NCBI GenBank assembly: GCA_043228905.1
Contig: JBHGNT010000014.1
Location: 15,438,001 to 15,502,000, forward strand
Reading direction: 5' to 3'
From: Azolla caroliniana
Taxonomy: Eukaryota; Plantae; Polypodiophyta
DNA length: 64,000 bases
Made by a program: the position numbers and the translations under genes. Of this stretch, positions 49,850-62,100 are shown one piece after another. Under the pieces are notes generated by a model. That model ran no database searches, had not been told where the DNA came from, and was given only the letters and a program-made list of their open reading frames with translations. How positions within the stretch are numbered: position 1 is the stretch's first letter; each line of letters starts with the position of its first letter.

Positions 49850-52088
49850 TATGACGACACTCGTGACATAAAATATACAGTTGTTGAGGGTTGAACCTAC
49901 AACCTCACTTCAACAAGACATCATGATCAACCATTTGGATATGAGCATGTATTTATATATAATGTTAGTTTAGTATTATATATTCTAGCATACAATACAA
50001 TCTAGAATATTTTAGTCTTTAGTATATTCTAGAAATATTCTATGGTGTATTCTAGAAGGCTATATTCTCGAGATATTTTTTGGGTATGTTCTAGAGATGT
50101 TTCTCGAGTATGTTCAAGACATATTCAATCTCAGAACTTTTATAAATACTTGTAATCTCCTTGGTTCCTTTCAAGGGATTCAATACTAGTCATTGACACA
50201 TCAATCTAGTATTCTCGTTTCATCTCATCTTTGTCTCCTTGATCTTTATTTCTGTCTTCATACCCTCATGTCTCTCACAACATCTAAGTTCCTAGCCTTG
50301 TCACATCTAGCTCCAAGTTCATCCGTCGCTCGTAGCCCCACCATTTGTGCTCCATCCTAGTCCACGCTTGGTGTGTCCGTGATAGTTTGAATCCCTTCCA
50401 ACTGGAAGCACGGTTTTGGTGAGGAGTGCTTTCGATCGCTCACCTTCCTAGTTCCGGTGGGGGTCACAACCGGTAACTTCCTGGTGGGGATTGGATCATT
50501 GCTTGCTTGCACTGCATTTTCATTATAGTTCAAGTCTCGCGCCACTTTCTGTTGGCGAGGACCGATTTCAATCGCTCACCTTCTAGTTTCGGTGGGGGTC
50601 ACAACCGCTCACTTTCCTGGTGGGGATCGCGTGGGTTTCTCGCTAGCTCCACCATTTGTGTTGTGTCGTGGGCCAATCATAATAGAAGAAGTCTAGTCAA
50701 CCGCTTCACTTGCATTCCTTCGCGTGTTGTTGTTCCAGTTCTCGGTGAGGGCCGCATGGTCGCTCACTCCCGTTCGTGTTCCAGTTCATGGTGCAAATTG
50801 CAAGGTCGCTCACTTCCTTTCGTGTTCTAGTTCCCAGTGAGGATTGCATGGTCGCTCACATCGTTTGGTGTTCCACTTCCCGGTGAGGACCATACATGGT
50901 CGCTCACATCTGTTGGTGTTTGTGTCTTCAGTGAGGACCTCACATGGTCAATCACGTCCGTTGGTGCTCTGCTACCCACTCACCCCTACACCACGCATTC
51001 GAAAAGGTGGCCGTACAGGAGAGGATAATGTCACGACACTCGTGACATAAAATATATAGTTGTTGAGGGTTGAACCTACAACCTCACTTCAACAAGACAT
51101 CATGCTCAACCATTTGGATATGAGCATCTATTTATATATAATAGTAGTTTAGTATTATATATTCTAGCATACAATACAGTCCAGAATATTCTAATCTTTA
51201 GTATATTCTAGAAATATTCTATGGTGTATTCTAAATGGGTATATTCTAGAGATATTTGTTGGGTATGTTCTTGAAGAGAATAGCGTGGAATATTGCTTGG
51301 CCACAACCGAGTCTTGAATCACTTCAATGAGAATGAAACACAAAAATGGGAAGTAGAGAGTACATAGAATGTTTACGTGGAAAACCCTAATGGGAAAAAC
51401 CACGGGAGCCCACAGACTCCAAGCTATCACTATATATAGGAAAGATACAATCAGAGACTTGTAGGCAACAACCTTGAGCTCTGTATCTTCGCCAACCGGC
51501 GGTTACAACAAAGTATAACTCTGTATCTCCTCTCTCTCTATACAACAGTTATATCAACAACAATATGACAACAACCTTATAAAGTGATTGCCCTAAGTCA
51601 TATTTATACTTAATATATGAACTTAGGGCTATTTACAAATATAGTCTCAATAGGCTTACTCAAAACATATTTACAAATAAATATGTCTTCTCTTCTGGTT
51701 CTCACCGGGTCCATCCGATTTGGTTTCCGGTTCTCACCAAGTCCTCTTCATTCATAACCGGATCCCATCCGGAGGGAACGACTTCCCAACAATTCTAGAG
51801 ATATTTCTTGAGTATATTCTAGACATATTCAATCTCAGAACTTGTATAAATACTTGTAACCTCCTTGGTTCCTTTCAAGGGATTCAACACCAATCATTGA
51901 CACATCAATCTAGTATTCTCGTTTCGCCTCATCTTTGTCTCCTTGATCTTTATTTCTGTCTTGATGCCCTCATGTCCCTCACAACATCTAGAGTTCCTAG
52001 CCTCGTCACATCTAGCTCCAAGTTCATCCGTCGCTCGTAGCCCCATTATCTGTGCTCCGTCCTAGTTTGCGCTTGGTGTGTTCGTGAC
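49850..52088 (+). mobile_element. Non-coding non-autonomous LTR retrotransposon E (TRIM/LARD-like)
   Basis: LTRs 49850-50384 and 51029-52088 (latter split by a solo LTR); 644-bp internal region without retroelement ORFs; PPT AGGAGAGGATAA; right TSD damaged. Confidence 0.88.
51272..51791 (-). mobile_element. Copia-type solo LTR
   Basis: TG...CA termini; TSD GTTCT/ATTCT; shares ACGTGGAAAACCCT, AAAAACCACGGGAG and TTGCCCTAAGTCATATTTATACT with element B LTRs. Confidence 0.88.
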
Positions 52089-55000
52089 CAAGTGAGAATT
52101 TATGTATACGATCCAAAATACCTTTGGAAAGTAGCACATAGTCAATCACACTATTTCCATTGTGTTTTCTACATGTAAAACCATTACTGTTGGGCCATAA
52201 GGAAACACCATTTGCAATAAGAAATCCAGTACTATTGCACATTCAGGAATAACTTCCCAAATTGGTCTGGATCTTTTTCATCACTAGAAAAGCGACTATA
52301 CATTTGTATATCCTCTTGCATCCTTACGATATGTGGCATGAAAGATTGTTGTGTATCAAGTTGGAAATTTCTTGTACGAGCATTCGTGCCAAGGTTGGTG
52401 GAGGTGTAGAATGTTCGAACGAGGAGAAGGCTTCAACTTCTCACTCGATGGTCAAAATCATGATCCGAAAATTCTATTTCAATCTTTGAGGCAAAATCTT
52501 CATGTTGTCACAATAAGGTTTCCGAGATGGCTATCCTACTTTTGTCTTTCGTTGATTGAGCTCCAAAATCACGTAACTTTGCGCCCTGAGATAAAATTTC
52601 TGAGTCTAAAAGTCTAGTGCATTCCTTATTTGATTGTGATTAGTTTCAGATAGAAGATTTACAAGAAATAATTGAATATAGATTTCAAATTTACAAAATA
52701 CACTGAAATAGATACAAGTGAGATTATCTCAACCTCTTTACATGAAATAGCTTGAAAAGGGAATAAATAAAGAAAATAGAGATATAAGATTTGAAGTTAA
52801 AGGTTCAGAGGCATATATTTGAGTTTTGGTTTAGTGGACCAATGAGATGGCTTCATTGCCTCTTGTCATTGGGTCTTGAATGCCCTCTTGAATCGCTACT
52901 CCAAGCTTCTTCGAAATTTTGGCAGTGTATCCACCTTGATCTAAAATTCAACCCTTTGCAATGAGCTCTCCTCTCCCTTTTATAGTCATGAGGAGCACCT
53001 CATGGAAGTAAAAAGAAGTACATTCCTATTTCAACATGCACCTCACTTTTTGATCTCGCGTGGACTCCTTTTCCTCGTGTACTCAATGTGAGGAAAATGC
53101 CTATTTCTATGTCCATCCATTCACATCACTCTCATTAATCTCTTCAATATATACTTGATGTCTCATAGTTTGAATTCAAGACTCAAACCCTTCGCCTTTT
53201 CGTTTCTACAGTAACCACTTGATGATTGAGCTATATCTTGTTACTGTTATTGTTTTACCTTTAATGATCTTTTTATAGTATTCTTGAATCTTATATATCT
53301 ATAATTTAGCTCATTTCCTCATGTGCGCTCCCCATATCAAGACAATGTGGTATCACAAGATAAATATATGAACCAAATACAACCCCACAAGAGAGAAAGC
53401 CTTCGATTTCTACTGACCAACAAGTCCAAGACCTCGTCATACTTCCATAAAGAGGTTTGTGTTACAGTTGCGAGCGATGTCATATTGTCTCAAAATGTGT
53501 CGAAAAGGAGAAGAAATTAGGGTAAATTTGTTGTCCATTGTCTCTTCTAAAGTTGGTCTCCATGTGGTCAATCAAGGCCAATGCATAGCACATAAACACT
53601 AACATGAGAAACAAGACTTATGCTTTGGTAAGTGAAAGCAAAAAACATCGATGGTGCAACCCAAAATTTTAAAACAAGAAACTTATGAGGTCAACATCCC
53701 CCTCTAACTACATATGTTGTCTGCACACTCTTTTCTAGTATGGGGTGTATAACCATGTTTGAAGTTGGCAAGAAAGAGTTTCCGGCCACTTTGCGCAAAA
53801 ATCATCAAGGGTCTTGAACCTTGTATAAAGCTTCTCTTCACAATTTTCCCTCAATGACCAAATACACCTAAATTTTAATGTCCATTTTGGTAAGAGTCTC
53901 TTTGTACACCTTCAAACGTATGAGGGTGATATATCACTCCAAATAAAAATATCAAACCAATCAACAACACATGTAAAAAGTTGGTTGGTGTCCTCTTCTT
54001 TTTGACACCTTTGCTCTCTTTGGGTGTGTTTAGGTTAGGCTTTGCATACTTGGGATCTCTAAGGGTTTTGGTTTTGGTCAAAGGCTATTTCTTACTCAAG
54101 TGTTCTTATAATGCTCAAGTCAAGGAACAACATCAACATAATGCTATAAAAGCAAGGCTAATATAATAAACATTAACATAATGCTAGAAAAAGGAAGGAT
54201 TAACAATATCTCTAATCATTCACAAACTCAATTCCATAATTCAATTTCCCTCTATTCTCAATTTCAATCTCTATATGAACAAAAATTTAGAATACACAAT
54301 ATGGATTTTCAATGTGTTTGTTTGTGAAGGTAGTTCCATTAGCACTCAAAATCTATGACATGATATTCATATACTTTTGATTGTGCTTGTTATTAATGTA
54401 AAAACTTTATGTACTTTGAATGTGCTTGTTATTGATCCAAAGTAAATTTCATATTCTACTAATTCTGCTTCTTGTTTATGCAAAACCTACTAATTATCCT
54501 TGTAAGTATAAAATATAGTAGTTTGGCTTGCTTGTAAATAAACATGTAGTTGATGCCATATATTATTTTTATCATTATACTTATGGATACAACATAGTTG
54601 TATATCCACTTCAAGTCTTCATAACCAATTATGTTAAAAGTTTAGCCTTCGATAATGATATGTACATATTCAAAACTTTCAATTTATATACTTATATAAA
54701 TATTTTCAAGCTACAAACACATGTGCATACAATTCGCATGACACATTTCATGTGCATCCTTTTGAGTTATAATTGACATAGCAAAACAAACCTAGTGTGG
54801 TCTAAACTTTTGATGTGTTAGCCTCTAAATAGCTCAACACCATGTGTGTTGATCACGCATCAACGAATTATGTGGTGGTGAATGGGATATTAATTTTCTA
54901 ATGTCTGTCAAACAAGCTACAAGGGAGTTTCCAATTGAATGGATATGCACACATATACATCCTTTGCTAATTGTACAAGAATCTCCTCACCATACACTCA

Positions 55001-55150
55001 TTATATAATATATGTAAGTGGAATCTCGTGTAGGCCTTATGTAGCTCCATCTAGGTAGTCTACCCCTTTCCCCTACACGATGGCCGGAACACATGAAGGT
55101 AAAGGATATCTTATGTTTGTCATTAGGTTGGGGCACATCATCTATGTAAC

Positions 55151-55292
55151 GGACTACAAAAATAGAACTAATTAATGGTTACATGTTACCTATAACCAAT
55201 AAGCAAGTTCAATTGTGACCAGGACTACAAAAATAGAACTAATTAATGGTTACATGTTACCTATAACCAATAAGCAAGTTCAATTGTGACCA
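55151..55292. repeat. Perfect 71-bp tandem duplication
   Basis: 55151-55221 equals 55222-55292. Confidence 0.93.
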
Positions 55293-55817
55293 GCTTGACA
55301 CTCAACATTTAATAATGTCATTGGGAGATATGGCATGGTATCAACCGGACCGAACAAAACCTCAGGGCAAACATGCAAGTGAAAGGTTCGGAGTCATTAA
55401 AACACTCATATCGACAAACAAAACGACGACACCAGCGAGGTGCTAAATGTTATGCGAACATGAGGCCCATTCGTATGTGTCACACGAGAATCGTCGTGTG
55501 TTACTATTTCGTGACCTCTTCTATATGGAGAGGAGAGGGGGTCGGGGGGCTAATATGTGCACACCGGGTCCCAAGCAAGCGCTGATGGAGTGGAGGGGAC
55601 GAGACGAGTCGATGGTAGTGGTATAAATTACCAGACGAGGTTCAATGATGGTGGTGGCATATATGACCAAACAAGGTCTTGATATGTTGGACCAAGGGGA
55701 GATAGATAGATTCTATTATCGTCTTAAGGAGAGAAGTCGTTCGTGACGGGAGCGGGACCGAAAGGGGGTGCATTGTCTAATGGGTCGGGTCAAGCCTGAG
55801 AGAGAGTATATGTAATA

Positions 55818-57071
55818 TTAGTGAAGGAGGAGGAGGGCATGGGTGACATCGTGGAGGTGGGCGACCAACGAGAGGAAGGAGCTAAGGTCGAGGAGGTGCC
55901 GGTCGTCTCGGTCGTGAAAGAAGGACGGGATGGGGAGCGCGTTGGACGGGTGGAGGACGTATGAGTGTGGGCTATTGTCCACGATGACGACATCACGTAG
56001 GGAGCGTCCGAGGAGGCCGAGGTCCTTCACGAGGCCACCTTGGTGGAGGCGGCACGCGTCCCGGTAGAGCCGGTGCCGGACGAGGCGGTCAACGTCCACG
56101 CGCTCCATGACCGCGTCCGCGTACTGCTTCATCCCGGCCGTGAACAGGACAAGCTCGTAGATGGGGGACATCTCGCGCAGGAACTCGCGCACGCCAGGAC
56201 GCATCATCACGTAGACCGCCTGCTGCCTCGGGCGGCGCCGGGCCCCCACCCGCGCCGGAGCCGCCTGAGCCGCCGACGGAGCCGTCTGAACCGCCTTGTA
56301 AGCTACTGTGGTTCTCCCCCATAGTCCCCTTCCCGAAGAAGAAGAAGAAGACGAAGACGAAGAAACGAAGGAGGAGGAGCTCAACCGTTTGCCTCCGCCG
56401 CCGCCTGTCGCCGCCATTGCCCCATTGCCTCTCCATGAATCCTGGCCTGCTTCCACCGCCTCCTCCATTCCATTAATCTCTGCACCATCTCTATCTCCAT
56501 CTCCATCTCCATCTCCATCTCTATTTCCTGCTCCTCCTCCTCCTCCATCGTCGCCTTCTTCGGAACTGTCATGGACGCCTACTATTGCCGCCGCCGCTTG
56601 ATCCGCCTCGTGGCGTAGCACATTGCCATAGACTGCCGCCTTTGTCATGCCTCCGCCTCCTCCTCCTCCTCCGCCATCGGGCTCTCCCATGTCCACCTGT
56701 ATGATGAAGTCGTAATCCGGCACCGGCTTGAACGACGAATGCACCAGCGTCTCGTCCAGATCCAGCACCAGCGTCTTCTTTCCTTGATCTTCAGGCAGGA
56801 TCGGCGGCAGAAGTGCCGCCTTTGGTCTCATTGTCATCCCATTGACACTCAGTCGAGCCGCCGTTCCGGCTGCCGCCTGTGGCCTCCAACCGCCGCCGCC
56901 AACGGTGGTAGGCGCAGATGCGCGTGGGTACCTTAGCCGCTTCCTGCAGGCGTTTGTGCCAGGATTTGCAGCCACGTGAGGCGGTGGACGGCGCTGCAGG
57001 GATGGCGACACCGACACATCATCGATATGGTCGTGTGCCAGGGCCTCATCTCCGTTGGCGGGATGCTCCAT
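55818..57071 (-). CDS. SCP/CTDSP-like small CTD phosphatase (NIF/FCP1 HAD domain), single coding exon
   Basis: LLPP...KKTLVLDLDETLVHSSFKP, RPGVREFL, ELVLFTAG, RLYRDAC, VKDLGLLGRSLRDVVIVDNSPHSY. ATG at 57071 gives 417 aa; the upstream open frame looks like UTR or intron. Confidence 0.88.
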   Translation of the reverse strand: MEHPANGDEALAHDHIDDVSVSPSLQRRPPPHVAANPGTNACRKRLRYPRASAPTTVGGGGWRPQAAAGTAARLSVNGMTMRPKAALLPPILPEDQGKKTLVLDLDETLVHSSFKPVPDYDFIIQVDMGEPDGGGGGGGGGMTKAAVYGNVLRHEADQAAAAIVGVHDSSEEGDDGGGGGAGNRDGDGDGDGDRDGAEINGMEEAVEAGQDSWRGNGAMAATGGGGGKRLSSSSFVSSSSSSSSSSGRGLWGRTTVAYKAVQTAPSAAQAAPARVGARRRPRQQAVYVMMRPGVREFLREMSPIYELVLFTAGMKQYADAVMERVDVDRLVRHRLYRDACRLHQGGLVKDLGLLGRSLRDVVIVDNSPHSYVLHPSNALPIPSFFHDRDDRHLLDLSSFLSLVAHLHDVTHALLLLH

Positions 57072-57366
57072 GAAATCGCTAATACGGTTTGTTTTACCTT
57101 TAATTGCAGGAACTGCGATTCTTATACAACACCTAATTAGCAGTCTGTTGCCGTGATTATGGATATATATGGATGAACCAGGGTCGGCAGGAGCAGCGGC
57201 AGCGGCGATATGGTGGAGGAAGTGCGGATGAGAGGAGGCTGCGGTTGCAAGGCATTTACAGAGGGAATGTGGTAAATGTGGCTTATCAACGATGAAGTGT
57301 GATCTGCATGTTAGATGGACAAAGGGAGAACAGCGGAGAAGGATTAACCTGCAGAACAATGGTAAA

Positions 57367-57431
57367 TTGGAGATGGAGATGGCGATGGCGATGGCGATGG
57401 CGATGGAGATGGAGATGGAGATGGAGATGGA
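57367..57431. repeat. (ATGGAG/ATGGCG)n microsatellite
   Basis: Tandem hexamers seen directly. Confidence 0.9.
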
Positions 57432-57592
57432 AAGGAAGAGGATGTACAGACAGAGCAGAGAACAAACGCAACCCTTCGCCTCTTCTTCTTCTTTCGTCAA
57501 AACCGCCCGGAATACCACCACCCCCCATAAAAAAACTGCCTATAGAACGTTTCAACTCACCGGAATACCGCTCTCGGGCCCTCGGCAATCTC

Positions 57593-57610
57593 CCCTAAAC
57601 CCTAAACCCT
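57593..57610. promoter_or_regulatory. Telo-box-like (CCCTAAA)2.5 motif upstream of the phosphatase gene
   Basis: CCCTAAACCCTAAACCCT; plant telomere-type motif common near plant transcription starts. Confidence 0.45.
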
Positions 57611-59120
57611 TCTTATGTATTTGAGGGTGAGGGGCTCCCCGAAGACTAACTATCTCGCCAACATACAATGAGAATTTTCGGGGACCCTTGTCTTCATGGA
57701 GAAGTCCACGCTTAACTTATTTGTTAGAACTACTTCGAGAACATCGGTGCCTGATGCCACCCATCATTGTTAGTTTATCTCGCCGGCCGCCCTTGGAGGT
57801 CTTATTGGACCACTCCTCGTGGGCTTCCCATCCGATACCTTCACTCATGTGTGAACACGAAACACAATCCTGAGCACGTTACTTGTATACCATATTGTCT
57901 TGAAGAGGTTGCTTTCCATGGACTCAGTGCAATGGCACAATGGTAGCAAAGGCCTCTTCCTTGCATATTACCAATAAAGTCCTAGAATACTTCATGCTCC
58001 TCCCATGATCTTCCAATTTGGCTATATGCGCATGCTACACAAATGTAGTTCAATATATCCTAGCATTCACACAACCTTATAATGTTTCTCGCTTTCTCTC
58101 ACAAAAGGAGTAATCTCTTGTTCAGTCTTATCGGCCATTTTGGCCTCTTCAAAGATGTTCTTTCTTGCTCATCTAGATGCCACACTCGATCATGACCTTT
58201 GAGTCATGACCCTTGACATTTGTATCCTCTATCACACCCAAGTTGACTTCACAAGTTTGATGACCAAAATGTGATATATGGACGGGTCTCGCATTGCAAT
58301 TGCTCCACCACATCTCATATCCCCCATAACCTCTTTTAGCAACTCCAACAATCTCTTTAGGCTATGTACATGCTTTGCATTTGACAATGATCCATGAACA
58401 AAAGCAACAAACCAAATGGTGTCGTGACCTTCCACTCGAAAAACATAAAATTGGTGATTTTTAACACATGTTGTGGTTCTCCTTAAGCTTAGGTTTTGAG
58501 CATACGAAAATAACTTCCATAAGGTGGTTTTATTTTCTCCATAAGGATAATTTACATAGGCACAATTTCAAACTAGAGATACACATTGTTTTGCATGTCA
58601 CAAGTATTTTTAAATTCATAGGTTTCTATAGTGCATATGTAAATAACTCTTGCATTAAGAACATGGTATAACAATTGTTGCTAACCATGAGGGTTTTGCT
58701 AGAGGTTGATGTTTTCAATGCTTGTGAAGAAAAATATGTTCTGATTCATTGAAATATTGATCTTCTTCTTTTTTGAAGTTGCCAGTTCAAATATGTATAT
58801 GTCCAAGTGGAACAAAATAAAATGGAAATACATCACTTCCTCATAACTTCATATGCATATATATACTTCAGGCATTCTTAAGGCTATAGCTTTAAAAGAG
58901 AAAACCTTCTCAAATACGTCAACATGCCAATGATAATACGACAATTCAAATTTAGAATAGAAATCGTGACAAGCAATCTATTGTTGTTGAGGCAATGGGT
59001 TACTCTTCATCAATCCATGGCCCAATAATGATGGATACAATTTGAGAAATTGTTTTGAATACAATGAAGTGGGCATTGCCACACTAGATGTACAACAAAC
59101 ATTCGGCATTCAATGGATAT

Positions 59121-62100
59121 TTAATGGGTAAAAGAAGGGTTCACATTGGGCACAGGACCTTTGAACCAAACCCTAACACCCCCGAAATACCAGGCACCAC
59201 AAACAACAACAAAAAGACCGCCCACAGCCACTGGCGTATAATTAAGAGACTCTTGTGTAATGGGGTATTCTACTGGCATTGAGAAGAGGATTGTTATAAA
59301 GGCCACCCATGATACTGCCACCCAACCCACCAATATTCCTCCCCTTGGTCCTAGATTAAATGGACCAGCAACAAATCTCTTCCTTGCTACCGTTATCCTC
59401 AACAATATAGGCAATGCATACGATATGTACATCCCAATTGTCGCTATAGACACTGTTGCTTGAAATGCCACTTGGCTACCCAATGACTGCACATGCAAAA
59501 TGCATATAGCCAATGTCATCAATGAAATGAGAAATCATGTACAAGAATTTGAAGATTGTCCTAGAATTGAGAAAGACAACATTTATGTATTCGATAGGTA
59601 GTTTGCCTTCAACATTAAATGTAAATGCATGCAAAGAATGCAAACCACATGAAGCTTATATAGATGTATAAGGGATATCTCTCCGAGGAAATGCAATGAA
59701 TTGAAAAATCATGTAATTGTCAATGGTGTTGATCAATAATAAACCTCCATGTGAGGAGTGCATGTTGAGAAATGACATAAAGGTTTGGGGTTTATGAGTT
59801 GGGGATACTCATATATATTCAATTATGGATTAATATTGCAAAAAATTACATTTTATTATGTGTAGAATGTTAACGATGATCTAGTACCATGCACAACATT
59901 TTTAGTGTGCTAGAATGAGAGATTAGATATAGGTACCGGTAACGCCATGAGTAGAGCAATGCCAGCCGAGAGCCATACAGCATACACAGGTACCTCCTTT
60001 TTGTTCACTTTGTGCCACAAAGTTGAACCAGGTATTGCCCCATCCCTTGAGAAAGCATACACTAATCTGTAAAATATACACTAGAAATTATTCAATGGGA
60101 GATGGATAGATATATCATTCTCCTCTGAGGTCAAATATGGCCCGTGGGAGAAAATTGAAGCATTTTCACATATTGTCAGGAGTTGTGAGTGACCCTTGAT
60201 AATGAACATCGAAGAAACAATATGTTTTTGAGAAGTTTTACTGACCGAGAATTGCTAGTAATGGAACTTATTCCACAAAAGAAGTTGGATATTGCAACAA
60301 TTCCCAAGCATAAAATGCCGTATGTGCCATTGCCATATCTATTCTTGAAAGCATCATAAAATAGTTGAGCACCCGAGTATCCGTTGGTATCATTTTTTGG
60401 ATCGAGAAGATGAGGAAGATTGGTTACTGCAAATGTAATCCCCAAAATATATGCCCAACCTAAGAAAATTGAGACGACGACAGCACCAACAATCCCGAGT
60501 GGTCCATTTCTATCAGCTCCTTTTGTTTCCTCAGACTATCCAAACACAAAATACAAAAGGGAAATTTTACAAATGAGGATAATACATAGAAAAGAAATTT
60601 TTTTAAATTTTACAAATGTGGATAACAAATACAAAGGGAGCACATACATACATAATATGGATGAACACATTCAAAAGTTATCGTTCTCATATGTATGGTT
60701 TAGAAAAAGCATTAAGGATTTTGCGGTGAAGGGTTGTTAGTTTGTTACCAGATGAGCTGATGCATCAAACCCCGTGAGTGTATATTGGCTTGTCAAAAAA
60801 CCAAGCAGAAAAAGGTAAGCCTTGTTTTCTATACCATGAGAAGTTTCTGTGTTGAAGTGTGTAAATACAAATCCCGGCTTAGCTCTTGTTGGAGAAACAC
60901 TTGGTATGAGTATGATGAGGACAACCACACCTAGTGAGCAATTTCAATGTCAATTCCATGTTTTGGTTATATCCTTAATGAATGTGTCCAAAACTTAGTT
61001 AATGAATGTTTTGGTTAAATCCTTAATGAATGTTTTGGTTATATCCTTAATGAATGTGTCCAAAACTTATGAATGTTTTGGTATGAGTATGATGAGGACA
61101 ACCACACCTAGTAAGCAATTTCAATGTCAACTCCATATTTTGGTTATATCCTTAATGAATGTGTCCAAAACTTAGTTAGCTATTGCTATTTTTTAATACA
61201 TTCACAATGAACAACAATGAGCATGTGATTTGCAGGATACTTACATAAAAAAACATATGATGTATGCATCAATCATATTGGATCTGACACTTTATCTTCA
61301 CTTATGAGCTACTAATGCTGAGTGTGTTGGGTTAATTACATTGACAAATCAAACAAAAAAACATAAGACACACAAAGGAAACTAAAGGAACCAAAAGATA
61401 AAATGAATTAGAATTGAGAAGCAATGGAAGCTTACCTACGATATTCCATATTGCACCGAGAGTAGCAAGTTTTGAGACCCATTTAATGGGCAAACTGTTG
61501 ATGAGGGCATGGATGAAGAGGAATCCTGCATGGAAACAGAGGACAACATATTTGGAAGCAAGAAACCCACCCCCATTGGCACCTCCAGTACTGAGAAGAA
61601 TGATAACCTTGAGCAAAGTTGCTAAAGAATAGTCGACACTTGTGCTCCCAGCCCACTACATGCATGCATTCAATTATTTCTAACTTGACCAAATATCAAC
61701 AAAGTTGGAAGTTGAATGCAACTCACCTGACCAAGCACATTGAACCTGAAACACAAATTCCATGATTGTCATCTCAAACTAACTATGTAGATTAGAAGAG
61801 TGGTTCATAGACTCTATGAATTTGAATAGGGAGAAATGACTCATTCCTAACTTAGTTGGGAGAATACCCCTAAAGTTTATCAAAAACATTACAAGTCACC
61901 CCCCTACAAGCAGTAGTAATGAGTTGGATGACTAACTTCACAATGCTTTCAAAAGCTTAGGGGATTTAAAAAGAAAAAAAAACTAAGGTTGCAAAATTGG
62001 TACTACAAGGGGGTATATTTCGATGAATTTCGAAAACTACTTGGGGGTATTCTAGTGAGTTGTGTTTAGCCACCTTGTGATATTTCAAGTAGCAGCCGGC

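Larger units (their letters stand above)
49186..52250 (-). mobile_element. Fragment of a second LINE family (RTE/RTE-X-like APE C-terminus and linker)
   Basis: FTCRKHNGNSVIDYVLLS...HKFSLG|VWTPESDHRAL reads across the 49850-52088 insertion; linker KKWFDKECHEARK. Clade assignment tentative. Confidence 0.65.

Noticed and set aside
52250-54200. Possible further LTR or gag remnants
   Set aside because: TATA-like and coding-like patches only; no termini, TSD or recognisable motif.
57072-57521. N-terminal extension in the 567-aa ORF call
   Set aside because: Non-ATG start and microsatellite-derived ISISIA tract; looks like 5' UTR or intron.
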